Shown here: piece after piece, positions 1 through 9,084 of the stretch
Position numbering within the stretch: the first letter of the stretch is position 1
Layout of the letters: every line of letters starts with the position of its first letter
NCBI GenBank assembly: GCA_964408175.1
Contig: CAYOYL010000036.1
Span: forward strand, 1 to 37,983
DNA: 37,983 bases
Direction: 5' to 3'
Origin: an uncultured bacterium
GTDB taxonomy: Bacteria > Ratteibacteria > UBA8468 > B48-G9 > JAFGKM01
The notes under the pieces: model-generated
Told to the model about the DNA's origin: nothing
The model's database searches: none
The model's input: the letters and a program-made list of their open reading frames with translations, nothing else
Translations under genes and position numbers: made by a program

Positions 1-91
1 ATAGGAGGGTGAGTTCTCCGAGAGGACGATTTCACCGTAGTTCTTATCTGCACTGGAGTTCAAGGCGAAGCCTGTTTCCGAGCACCGAAAT
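1..91 (+). ncRNA. 3' part of a rod-shaped structured RNA, possibly 6S RNA (truncated by window start)
   Basis: Nested pairing 1-7/41-47, 8-12/32-36 and 13-18/22-27 with G.U pairs that favour the + strand. It is followed by GAGTTCAAGG (56-65) and GCCTG...CGAGCACCG, resembling the GGTTCAA...GCCTG...CGGCA 3' strand I recall from 6S RNAs. The 5' half lies outside the window. Confidence 0.4.
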
Positions 92-161
92 TACTTCCTT
101 TTCTCTACAAAATCCCTTACGTCAGAATTTCAGTTTATATTTCAATAATTTTTACTGTCTA

Positions 162-190
162 TTGACAAAAAAAATTAAGGGATTTACAAT
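162..190 (+). promoter_or_regulatory. sigma70-type promoter
   Basis: TTGACA (162-167), 17-bp spacer, TACAAT (185-190), with an AT-rich upstream region. Confidence 0.75.
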
Positions 191-244
191 ACTTTTAACA
201 AAAATTTCGGGTCGAATAAGTCATAACAGTCGATAAAATCTTTC

Positions 245-440
245 AGCATCGGAATTTCAATCTTTTAAAAAATTCTGATGCTTTCTTCCGTTTTGCAGGA
301 AGAATGACAAAAAACCATAAATCCTCTTTTCTTTGGAAGAGAAGAGGGTTGGGGACATGAGTAGATATTGGGGATATCAGGGGGCTCTGCCCCTTGACTA
401 TCTTGTAATGAAGATGGAGCGAAAAGGTTTATAGAGCCTT
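245..440 (+). ncRNA. candidate structured 5' leader / ncRNA with five stem-loops
   Basis: Stems at 245-257/270-282, 283-289/298-304, 320-333/337-350, 367-409 (interrupted) and 424-430/434-440. Deviations from Watson-Crick pairing are mostly G.U on the + strand. The last stem ends just before the SD AAGGAGG (442-448). Confidence 0.5.
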
Positions 441-453
441 CAAGGAGGTGTTT

Positions 454-1235
454 ATGAGCGCAATCCGACAAAAGTTGGCGTTTTTTGTTTTTCTTTTGCT
501 GTTAATTTCCATTGCAGTCCCCGCCTCAACAGACTCAAGGTTTACCTACCGCATAGTAAATGATGACATCTTCTTTATAACCGAAAGCAATATGTTTCTT
601 GTACAGCCGGTAAGTATTGTAAGCGGAGGTAGTATGCTTTATTTCGCTGCCCGTGACTTTACGGCAAAAAAGGATATGATAGTTAACAAAACGAAAGATA
701 TCAATATTGTTGTTGACAAAAAAGCGAGAAAGGTTATAAAAGCCACTTTTCTACTTGCAGGAGAAAATAATGTGGTTTATAAAGATTACGAATTAGTACT
801 TTTTCTTGAAATCAGGGAAGGTTTTCCCTTTCTTGCGATATATTCAAAGTTTGTTTATACCGGCAGTGGAACAAGAGAATGCGGCATCAACTGGGCTCTT
901 GACTCTGCTCACGAACCGTTTAAGTACTACACAATACCTTACAAGGGTGAGATTAAAACGTTCCGTTTGGTCAAGACAAGACGTACCAAAATAGGTCAGG
1001 CAGACTGGATATTTGCAAATACCGGGAAAGGAGTGGGAGGAGGATTAATAGCACCTGCCGCTTTACTCGGCAGGGGTGAAGATTTTATTTTCATGAATAG
1101 TGTCCCACACCCAAAAAGAAGCTGACCAGAGGGGAATCCATTGACCTGTTTATAATTTTCACTCCCATAAATAAAAATTTCAAGATACTCCCGGAACTCT
1201 TTGAAAAGATAAAAGATATTAAGTGGGAGTATTAA
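454..1235 (+). CDS. exported beta-rich hypothetical protein; frame 0 stops at 1125 and a -1 frame continuation runs to TAA 1233-1235
   Basis: SD AAGGAGG then ATG 454. Signal-peptide-like N-terminus MSAIRQKLAFFVFLLLLISIAVPAS. The -1 frame from 1110 reads PKKKLTRGESIDLFIIFTPINKNFKILPELFEKIKDIKWEY* and ends at the SD of the next gene. Confidence 0.7.
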
Positions 1236-1248
1236 AAGGAGAGTAAAC

Positions 1249-1734
1249 ATGGCTCAACCTTTAACAGAAGAGGAAAAACAAAAGATTGAGGAAGAAGAAA
1301 AGATGCGTGTGCGTATTGCCCTTCAGTATGAACAAAAGTCTTCAGGCATAGCAGGAGTTTTATCAAGCATCTGTCCAGGTCTGGGACAGATATATAACGG
1401 GCAGATGGGAAAAGCATCTCTTTATCTTGGGATAGTTGTTATAAGCCTTCTGGTGTTAACAATGGGAATAATTTTTCAGATGAAAGGGATGCCAGAAAAG
1501 AAAGAGTCTCCTATCACAGTTGAGAGTTCTGAACCTGTTGAGATGAGTGAAGAAGGAGTGGTTATTGAATCAGAAACAGAACAGGAGGAATCTACGTCAG
1601 AAGTAAAGAACGAAAAGAAACCTGTAATGCCTGTAATACTTATTATACTCGGGGCAATCGGGATATTGGCTGGATGGAACTATTCAGTGAAGGATGCAAT
1701 AAATTCGGCAAAGAGACTAAATAGTTCACACTGA
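1249..1734 (+). CDS. TM2-like small membrane protein with acidic loop
   Basis: SD AAGGAG. Motif KSSGIAGVLSSICPGLGQIYNGQ typical of TM2/DUF5683-like proteins. Hydrophobic segments flank an E/S-rich linker. Confidence 0.75.
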   Translation: MAQPLTEEEKQKIEEEEKMRVRIALQYEQKSSGIAGVLSSICPGLGQIYNGQMGKASLYLGIVVISLLVLTMGIIFQMKGMPEKKESPITVESSEPVEMSEEGVVIESETEQEESTSEVKNEKKPVMPVILIILGAIGILAGWNYSVKDAINSAKRLNSSH

Positions 1735-2370
1735 ACTGAGGTTCTTGCTCTTCATATGATAGATGATGTTTCCTATCTCTGAAGCCATATCCACATTCCC
1801 GACACAAATATTATCAGGCAATATGAGGGAAATAGGGACAAAGTTAAGAATACCTTTTATTCCGGAGTGTACAAGAGAATCAGCCACAAATTGTGCTGAT
1901 TCAGCAGGCACGCATAAAAGAGCAACTTCCACATTGTTCCCTTTAATAAATCTACCAACGTTTTTCACGTTGTAAATTTTAATGTTTCTCAGCGACCTAC
2001 CTATTTTATCAACATCATTGTCAAAAGCGGCTATAATATCAATGTTTATAGCAGAAAAACCAGGGTATTGGATTAAGGCTGCTCCCAATTTTCCTGCTCC
2101 AACCAGTACTGCATTAATCTTCTCATTAAGCCCTATTATTCCCTTGATTACCTCCAGAAGTTTATCAACGTTATAGCCAACCCCCCTTTTACCGAATCCC
2201 CCGAAAAAAGAAAGGTCTTTTCTGAATTGTTCAGGCGGTACATTAAGAAAAGAAGTGACATCTTTTGAAGATATTATGTTAACACCTTTGTTTTTCTGGA
2301 TATCCAGATAGCGCAGGTATGTTATCATCCTTTTTATTGTTTCCGAAGAAATATTGTGCTTTGTTGACAT
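1726..2370 (-). CDS. rex: redox-sensing transcriptional repressor Rex
   Basis: wHTH motif QFRKDLSFFGGFGKRGVGY, Rossmann VGAGKLG, and GILNFVP. Start moved to ATG 2370 (MSTKHNIS). Confidence 0.95.
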   Translation of the reverse strand: MSTKHNISSETIKRMITYLRYLDIQKNKGVNIISSKDVTSFLNVPPEQFRKDLSFFGGFGKRGVGYNVDKLLEVIKGIIGLNEKINAVLVGAGKLGAALIQYPGFSAINIDIIAAFDNDVDKIGRSLRNIKIYNVKNVGRFIKGNNVEVALLCVPAESAQFVADSLVHSGIKGILNFVPISLILPDNICVGNVDMASEIGNIIYHMKSKNLSSV

Positions 2371-2389
2371 TTTTCTACCATATGTATAA

Positions 2390-2418
2390 TTGACTTTTCT
2401 ACCTAAAAACTGTAATAT
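2390..2418 (+). promoter_or_regulatory. putative promoter for the Lon-like gene
   Basis: TTGACT (2390-2395), 17-bp spacer, TAATAT (2413-2418). Confidence 0.35.
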
Positions 2419-2419
2419 C

Positions 2420-2447
2420 ATTATACAAACTTTTAAAAATTTTTCAA
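2420..2447 (-). promoter_or_regulatory. putative sigma70 promoter for rex
   Basis: Minus strand TTGAAA (2447-2442), 16-bp spacer, TATAAT (2425-2420). Confidence 0.5.
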
Positions 2448-2470
2448 TTTACAAATCCGGAGGTTTTTTT

Positions 2471-4894
2471 ATGGATAGATACAGGGTTGAACCAGAAAAT
2501 TTGAAAAAAAAGTGTGGAAAGGACAATCTCAATTTTGATACAACTGCAGAAATAAAACCCTTAGAAGGTATTATAGGTCAGGAACGGGCCAAGAAAGCCC
2601 TTGAATTCGGACTCAGGATAAAAAGTGAGGGATACCACATATTCGTCACAGGCATTTCAGGTACAGGCAGAACAACATCCGTTGAACAGGCGGTGAAGAA
2701 AATAGCAGAAACGCAATCTGTCCCGGACGACTGGTGTTACCTCTACAACTTTTCAAACCCTGATACCCCGACGGCTCTTAGACTCCCTCCAGGGGAAGCA
2801 CTTGTTTTCAAAAAAGATATGAATGAACTTATTAATGAACTGCAGACTGAACTACGCAAGGAACTGGAAAGTCAATTGTATGAAGAACATAAAAACCAGA
2901 TAATAAAGGACTTCCAGAATAAACGTAATAAGCTCTTTGAAGAATTGGAAGAAACTGCAAAGAAGGCAAATTTTCAAATAAAAAGGACCCCTTCTGGAAT
3001 AGTTATAGTGCCAACTATAGAAGGGAAACCTTTGGAAGAAGAGAATATTGAGAAATTAACTGTGGAAGCAAAAGAAGAGATAAAGAAAAAACAGGAAATT
3101 TTGCATGAGCAGATTAATCTTGTATCAAGGGAGGTGCGGAAAATAGAGAAAGAAGCTCAGCAAAAGTTGTCTGAACTTGAGACAAAAGCTGCAAGATATA
3201 CCATTAATCCGAGGATAGAAGAACTGAAAGATAAATATAAGAAGTTCCCTGACATCTTGAAGTATCTGTCAGAGGTTGAAAAAGACATGATTGATAATGT
3301 AGATGACTTTAAAGAAAAAAAAGAAGTGGAGATACTTCCAGGAGTGAAACTTCCTGAACGGCCGTCCTCTCTTTTTAAGTATCAGGTCAACGTTTTTATA
3401 GATAATTCAAAGATACAGGGGGCTCCTGTTGTAAAAGAGGTTAATCCGACCTCGTATAACCTCAGTGGCAGAATAGAATATAAACCTTACCAGTATGGAG
3501 CGATGATGACTGATTTTACCATGATAAAACCTGGTGCACTGCATAAAGCCAATGGGGGGTATCTAATATTGCAACTTCTTGACGTTCTTAAAAACTATTT
3601 TTCGTGGGAAACGCTTAAAAGAGCTATCAAAAACAAGGAGGTTATCATAGAAGACCTGAACGAACAGTTCAGGCTTATTAATACCCCTACACTCAGGCCT
3701 GAACCTATTCCTCTCGACTTTAAGGTAATTCTTATTGGAAACCCAGTTTTTTATTATCTGCTTTTTGCTTATGACGAAGAATTTAAAAAATTGTTCAAGG
3801 TCAAAGTAGATTTTAGTACCCTTATGAATAGAGACCAAGAAGGCATTTTAAACTACGCTGCATTCGTAAGCAAAATTTGTAAAGAGGAAGGGTTAAAACA
3901 CCTAAACAGAGAAGCCGTTTGCAGAATAGTTGAATACGGCTCCAGGATTGTCTCTGACCAGAATAAACTGACAACGAGATTCATCGAAATAGCCGATATT
4001 ATAAGGGAATCTAACTTTTGGGCAATCTCTGAAAACTCGGATATTGTGAAGAAAAAACACGTGGAGACTGCTCTTGAAGAAAAAATATTCAGGTCAAATC
4101 TTATTGAGGAACGTCTTGAGGAACTCATCCAAGAAGGTACAATTATGGTAGATACTGAAAGCGAAACAGTTGGACAGGTTAACGGCCTCTCTGTATTTAC
4201 CATGGGTGATTATTCTTTCGGGAAGCCTTCGAGAATAACCGCGAGGGTCTATACCGGAAGGAGCGGAATAATAAATATAGACCGTGAAGTAAAACTCTCA
4301 GGGACTCTGCATAACAAAGGATTCTTGATTCTGACCGGATATATTGGAGAAAAATACGGAGATAACAAGCCTTTAACTTTCAGTGCCAGTATTTGCTTTG
4401 AACAACTTTATGAAGAAATTGAAGGAGACAGTGCATCCTCCACAGAATTATATGCCCTGCTTTCTTCTCTTTCTGGGCTGCCCATAAAGCAAGGGATATC
4501 TGTAACAGGTTCGGTAAATCAGAAAGGTGAGGTTCAGCCGATAGGCAGCGTAAATGAGAAGATAGAAGGATTTTATTATACCTGCAAGATAAAAAATATC
4601 ACCGGTGAACAAGGCGTCATTATCCCTGAGTTGAATCTGAAACATCTGATGTTAAAAAACGAAATTATAGAAGCGGTAAAGAAAGGGAAGTTTCACATAT
4701 GGGCTGTAAAAACCATAGATGAAGGCATAGAGATTCTTACAGGTAAACCTGCTGGAGTCAAAAATAAAAAAGGGGAGTACCCAGTAGGAACAGTAAACTA
4801 CCTCATCTCAAAGCAACTTGAACATCTCACAACAAATTACCTGAAATACCAGAAATCACAGGAACAGAAAAGAAGGAAAAGGAAAAAATCTTAA
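2471..4894 (+). CDS. Lon-like (LonC-type, peptidase S16) protease with AAA-like domain and coiled-coil insertion
   Basis: SD GGAGG then ATG 2471. Motifs IIGQERA, GISGTGRT, DWCYLYNF, IKPGALHKANGGYL, EGDSAS (catalytic Ser) and VNEKIEGF (catalytic Lys). Confidence 0.92.
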   Translation: MDRYRVEPENLKKKCGKDNLNFDTTAEIKPLEGIIGQERAKKALEFGLRIKSEGYHIFVTGISGTGRTTSVEQAVKKIAETQSVPDDWCYLYNFSNPDTPTALRLPPGEALVFKKDMNELINELQTELRKELESQLYEEHKNQIIKDFQNKRNKLFEELEETAKKANFQIKRTPSGIVIVPTIEGKPLEEENIEKLTVEAKEEIKKKQEILHEQINLVSREVRKIEKEAQQKLSELETKAARYTINPRIEELKDKYKKFPDILKYLSEVEKDMIDNVDDFKEKKEVEILPGVKLPERPSSLFKYQVNVFIDNSKIQGAPVVKEVNPTSYNLSGRIEYKPYQYGAMMTDFTMIKPGALHKANGGYLILQLLDVLKNYFSWETLKRAIKNKEVIIEDLNEQFRLINTPTLRPEPIPLDFKVILIGNPVFYYLLFAYDEEFKKLFKVKVDFSTLMNRDQEGILNYAAFVSKICKEEGLKHLNREAVCRIVEYGSRIVSDQNKLTTRFIEIADIIRESNFWAISENSDIVKKKHVETALEEKIFRSNLIEERLEELIQEGTIMVDTESETVGQVNGLSVFTMGDYSFGKPSRITARVYTGRSGIINIDREVKLSGTLHNKGFLILTGYIGEKYGDNKPLTFSASICFEQLYEEIEGDSASSTELYALLSSLSGLPIKQGISVTGSVNQKGEVQPIGSVNEKIEGFYYTCKIKNITGEQGVIIPELNLKHLMLKNEIIEAVKKGKFHIWAVKTIDEGIEILTGKPAGVKNKKGEYPVGTVNYLISKQLEHLTTNYLKYQKSQEQKRRKRKKS

Positions 4895-4904
4895 TTCTTC
4901 CCAT

Positions 4905-7199
4905 ATGCATAAAAAGATTGTTGTAATCTTTATCATTCTGAGTACCACTCTCTGTTTCGGAGAGAATGTTGTCTTTTCTGGCTTTGAAGAAGATACCGAG
5001 GTATGGAAGACAACAGATATAAAAAACAACGCTGTAAATAGCATCTCTTTTTCCTCAGAAAATTTTTTGGAAGGCACCCGCTCCATGAAAGTTGGTTTGA
5101 AGTTTCCTGGTGAAGGGTGCATCGAAAAGGATTTTTTCAAAGACCTATCAAGGTATAACGATATAGTTTTAAATATCTATGCCCCGGAGAATGCTCCAGA
5201 GGACATCAGTGTCCGTGTATTACTCCAGGATAATGAGTGGCTGTGGTATCAAACGCAGTCTTTTTTTTTACTGTCAGGTAAGTGGAATAGACTGACATTG
5301 AACGTTCAGCCGGAAAGTATATTCTGGGAAAGTATCGGGCACAGTCATCCTTGGTCAGAAAAGTCTTTATCTGGTATTAGAAAAATAGGACTGAAGTTTT
5401 TTTCAGATTCAGAGATACCTGTTTGTATCTACATAGATGCATTCAAGGGGAACACCTTTGCATTCCCGGATTATTCATTTAACACCCAGGACCTCAAAAA
5501 ATACGAACGTTTTGAGATTACTTTTCAGATTGCATGGAAAATTAAAAATCCTTTTGACAGCAGTGAAATAGCAACTGACGGTGTTTTTACAGACCCTGAA
5601 GAGAACGTTTTTATTGTACCTGGTTTTTATTATCAGAAATATGAAAGGGCGATTAAAGACAATGAAGAAATTCTCACACCTGTAGGTTATCCATCATGGA
5701 AAATAAGATTTACCCCGTCTAAAAAAGGAGTTTACAGGTACTACATCAGAATATCAAAGGGAAAACAAATTCTTGTTTCAGATGAAGGTAAATTTACCGT
5801 TACTGATTCAGATAAACCTGGTTTTTTGGGTGTAAACAGGACTGATAACCATTATTTCTCTTTTAACAATGGAGATTTTTTTTATCCTCTGGGGCTGAAC
5901 ATCCGCTCTCCCACGGATGCTCGATATGCTAAAATGGTAAAAAAGGAGGTAGATGCGGACAGCGGTACATACTACTATGAAGATATATTCTCTGATATGC
6001 ATAAAAACAACCTGAATTTTGTTGAAATATGGCTTGCACCATGGTTTGCATCTCTGCAATGGAAAGAAAACAGACCTGGGTACAGAGGATTGGGATATTA
6101 TAATCTCAGACATGCATGGAAACTGGATACAATACTGGAAGCAGCGGAAAAAAATAATATTTATATACAACTTGTTATTGTTAACCACGGGCAGTTAAGC
6201 ACATGGTGTGACAAGGAATGGGAGGATAACCCTTACAATATAAAAAATGGAGGTTTTTTAACATCTCCTGATGAATTTTTCTCTGATATACGCGCAAAAA
6301 AGTCTTTCAAAAATCAACTGCGGTACGTTATAGCGAGATGGTCTCACTCTCCCAACATATTTTCCTGGGATATTATTAATGAGATGAATCTGATAGGGGC
6401 AAAACACAATTTTTATAAAGACAGTGAAAAAAAAGTTACAGACTGGTATAATGAAATAGCAGGATACCTGAGAGAGTTAGACCCATCCAATCATCTTGTT
6501 ACAGCACATTATACCATACTGGTTGATAATCCAATCCTCTCTGAAATCATTGATTATACAATCACAAATGCTTATTACAATGTTTCCAAAAATGAATCTA
6601 TTGTGGGTTTGCTTGACAGAATTATAGTATTCAATGGAAGATTTAATAAACCCACATTTGTAGCGGAATATGGTGGGACCCCCATGGGTGGAACAGAAAA
6701 AAATTTGAAAAGAGATATCATCACGGGTCTCTGGTACAGTTATCATCTCTCTTTTGCGTCCGCTCCACTTTTTTGGTGGCACAGGTTTGTAAAAGATAAC
6801 AACCTGTTCCACCTCTATAAAAGTTTTTCAGATTATATCTCAGGAATAGATAAAACAGGCGATATATTTGAAGCACATAAGGTTAAGTTGGAAGGAGATG
6901 ATAAAAAACACATTGATGCAGTTGCCTTTGGAAATAATTATTTTACTGGTTGCTGGATTTATGACCAGGATATTTTAAAAGATATGGAAAAACAGATTTT
7001 TAGAGAAATTAAGGATATGAAATTGACCATTGAAGATAAAACACCCGGTAGGTATATTGTTGCTTTTTACGATATGGAAAAAGGGTTACTGGCAGAAGAA
7101 TTGATTAAAACAGAATCTACAGTCCTTGACATCAAACTCCCACCGTTTAAAAAATGGATTGCTCTGAAAGTAAATTACAACAGTCAGATATCTCCGTAG
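4905..7199 (+). CDS. exported glycoside hydrolase: CBM-like jelly-roll + DUF5060-like domain + clan GH-A (GH5-like) barrel
   Basis: Signal peptide. DUF5060-like segment YERFEITF...NPFD...VPGFYYQ...WKIRFTP. Acid/base WDIINE and nucleophile KPTFVAEYG motifs. Confidence 0.8.
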   Translation: MHKKIVVIFIILSTTLCFGENVVFSGFEEDTEVWKTTDIKNNAVNSISFSSENFLEGTRSMKVGLKFPGEGCIEKDFFKDLSRYNDIVLNIYAPENAPEDISVRVLLQDNEWLWYQTQSFFLLSGKWNRLTLNVQPESIFWESIGHSHPWSEKSLSGIRKIGLKFFSDSEIPVCIYIDAFKGNTFAFPDYSFNTQDLKKYERFEITFQIAWKIKNPFDSSEIATDGVFTDPEENVFIVPGFYYQKYERAIKDNEEILTPVGYPSWKIRFTPSKKGVYRYYIRISKGKQILVSDEGKFTVTDSDKPGFLGVNRTDNHYFSFNNGDFFYPLGLNIRSPTDARYAKMVKKEVDADSGTYYYEDIFSDMHKNNLNFVEIWLAPWFASLQWKENRPGYRGLGYYNLRHAWKLDTILEAAEKNNIYIQLVIVNHGQLSTWCDKEWEDNPYNIKNGGFLTSPDEFFSDIRAKKSFKNQLRYVIARWSHSPNIFSWDIINEMNLIGAKHNFYKDSEKKVTDWYNEIAGYLRELDPSNHLVTAHYTILVDNPILSEIIDYTITNAYYNVSKNESIVGLLDRIIVFNGRFNKPTFVAEYGGTPMGGTEKNLKRDIITGLWYSYHLSFASAPLFWWHRFVKDNNLFHLYKSFSDYISGIDKTGDIFEAHKVKLEGDDKKHIDAVAFGNNYFTGCWIYDQDILKDMEKQIFREIKDMKLTIEDKTPGRYIVAFYDMEKGLLAEELIKTESTVLDIKLPPFKKWIALKVNYNSQISP

Positions 7200-8074
7200 C
7201 CAAATTTCCTGAATATATCGGGTCTGTCTCGCCATCCTTTTATTACACGGACCCATAACTCAAGGTAAACCTTTTTCCCGAGTAATGTTTCTATTTCTTC
7301 TCTTGCGGCTTTACCTATATCTTTAAGTTTTACACCATCCCTGCCTATAAGGATACTTTTCAGATTTTCTCTGTCTACGATAATGTTGGCTTTTATAACC
7401 ATCATATCTTTGTTTTTATTTCCCGGTCCCATCTCCTCTACTTCAACCGCTATGGACTGGGGAATCTCCTGATAGGTTCTGTTAACTGCCTTTTCCCTTA
7501 TTATTTCAGCTGTCACGTATTCCAGAGGTATGTTTGTCTTCATATTTAGGGGGAACATTCTTTCACCCTCCGGCAGGTACTTGAAGATGCACTTCCGAAG
7601 AGCCTCTATGTTCTTTTTTTTAGATGCTGACACAGGGACTATTTCAACAAAATTATATTTTTCGTAGGATTCTTTTATAAAGGGCAGTAATACCTCTTTA
7701 TTATTAATTTTATCCACCTTGTTAATAACGAGTATCATCTTTTTTTTAAACTTTAAAAGGGATTCCATTATCTTTTCGTCTGTATCGTCCCAACCTCTCG
7801 CTTCTATTACAAACAGAACAAGGTCAGCGTCATCAAAGGAACTCAATATGGATTTTAACATTACCTTGCCGAGTTCATTACGTGCTTTTTCAAAACCGGG
7901 CGTGTCAAGAATAACAATCTGTCCCTCTTCTGAATTATACATCCCGAGTATTTTTATCCTGGTGATTGCAGGACGTGAGGAAACAATAGAAACCTTGTAA
8001 TCCAGCAGACTATTTATAAGCGTGGATTTCCCGACATTAGGCTTACCTACGATTGAAACGGAGCCTGATTTCAT
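7184..8074 (-). CDS. era: GTPase Era
   Basis: GKPNVGKS, DTPG, NKVD, EIIREK, C-terminal KH domain and VYLELWVRV. Confidence 0.97.
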   Translation of the reverse strand: MKSGSVSIVGKPNVGKSTLINSLLDYKVSIVSSRPAITRIKILGMYNSEEGQIVILDTPGFEKARNELGKVMLKSILSSFDDADLVLFVIEARGWDDTDEKIMESLLKFKKKMILVINKVDKINNKEVLLPFIKESYEKYNFVEIVPVSASKKKNIEALRKCIFKYLPEGERMFPLNMKTNIPLEYVTAEIIREKAVNRTYQEIPQSIAVEVEEMGPGNKNKDMMVIKANIIVDRENLKSILIGRDGVKLKDIGKAAREEIETLLGKKVYLELWVRVIKGWRDRPDIFRKFGYGDI

Positions 8075-9084
8075 AGAAGAATTTCAGTTCCTTTATCAGC
8101 AGATTCTTTTTCCAGTAATGTCAATTTCAGAGAATCTCTGGCATCTTCAGGTGTAACTACACTGAAAGGTTTATTATGTGATATATGGTCAACGAAATAT
8201 CTCAATTCATGAAAATATCCTCCAAGGTCACCTATATTACCTCCTGTTCCCTCAACCTTCACTTTTTCAAAGGTAGGTTTGTCTACCTTACCTGAGGACT
8301 CATAAACTACAAGTGTTGGGGTATTTTTTGAATTGAAGTCAACAACAGCTTTTTCAAATTTAGCAAGATAAGCCATCTCAAAAGGGAAAGCCGCAGGATA
8401 ATCCCATCCACCTTCTGCTGTTACGATAAGCCCGTTTTTAAAAGTAAATGTGGTGTATATATGGGAATAAGGGGTGTTATTTTCTGGGACTTTTGAATAT
8501 ATCTTTTCAGGTTTTTCTCCAATGAGGTACCTTATAAAGTCTGTATCGTGGATATGCAGGTCAATTAAAGCACCTCCCGATTTATCGTGACTGAGCATCC
8601 AGTCCTGCCATCCCCATGTAGGTAGGGGCGAAACGCGTTTACATGAAAGAGTTTTTAACTCCCCGTATTTTCCCCTGTCGTAGGCTTCCTTAAGAAACTT
8701 ATATTCGTCCCAGAATCTTATTACCTGTGCCACCATAAAACGCACCCTGTTTTTCTTACATACAGATATCATTTCATCCGCATCTTCCGCCGTAAGTGCA
8801 ATGGGTTTTTCACATAAAACATCCTTGCCTTTTTCTGCTGCTTTAATAACATACTCTTTGTGCAGAAACGTGGGCAGGCAAACATCTATAACGGTAATAT
8901 CTTCTTTTTCAAGAATCTGTTGGGGGTCATAGTAAGGGATAGTTTTAAATTTTGTTGCCAATGACTTTGCCTTTTCTCCTCTTATGTCTGCAATACCTAC
9001 AATCCTGGAGTCAGGTAAAAGATTGTAGACGTTTGCATGCATACTGCCCATAAAACCTGCACCAATAATTCCTATTCTAACCAT
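8071..9084 (-). CDS. Gfo/Idh/MocA family oxidoreductase
   Basis: SD AAGGAGG. MVRIGIIGAGFMG, LCEKP and GGALIDLHIHD. Start moved to 9084. Confidence 0.92.
   Translation of the reverse strand: MVRIGIIGAGFMGSMHANVYNLLPDSRIVGIADIRGEKAKSLATKFKTIPYYDPQQILEKEDITVIDVCLPTFLHKEYVIKAAEKGKDVLCEKPIALTAEDADEMISVCKKNRVRFMVAQVIRFWDEYKFLKEAYDRGKYGELKTLSCKRVSPLPTWGWQDWMLSHDKSGGALIDLHIHDTDFIRYLIGEKPEKIYSKVPENNTPYSHIYTTFTFKNGLIVTAEGGWDYPAAFPFEMAYLAKFEKAVVDFNSKNTPTLVVYESSGKVDKPTFEKVKVEGTGGNIGDLGGYFHELRYFVDHISHNKPFSVVTPEDARDSLKLTLLEKESADKGTEILL

Noticed and set aside
9-471. ORFs 9..236 (+) and 265..471 (-)
   Set aside because: No protein-like features. They overlap the promoter and the stem-rich regions, which are better explained as RNA or regulatory DNA.
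2371-2470. N-terminal extensions of rex (to 2421) and the Lon-like gene (from 2390) in the ORF track
   Set aside because: They would overlap head-to-head across the promoters. ATG 2370 and SD-led ATG 2471 fit better.
2341-2470. Rex operator (TTGTGAA-N4-TTCACAA-like) near rex
   Set aside because: Only weak partial matches in AT-rich DNA, so a site cannot be supported by eye.
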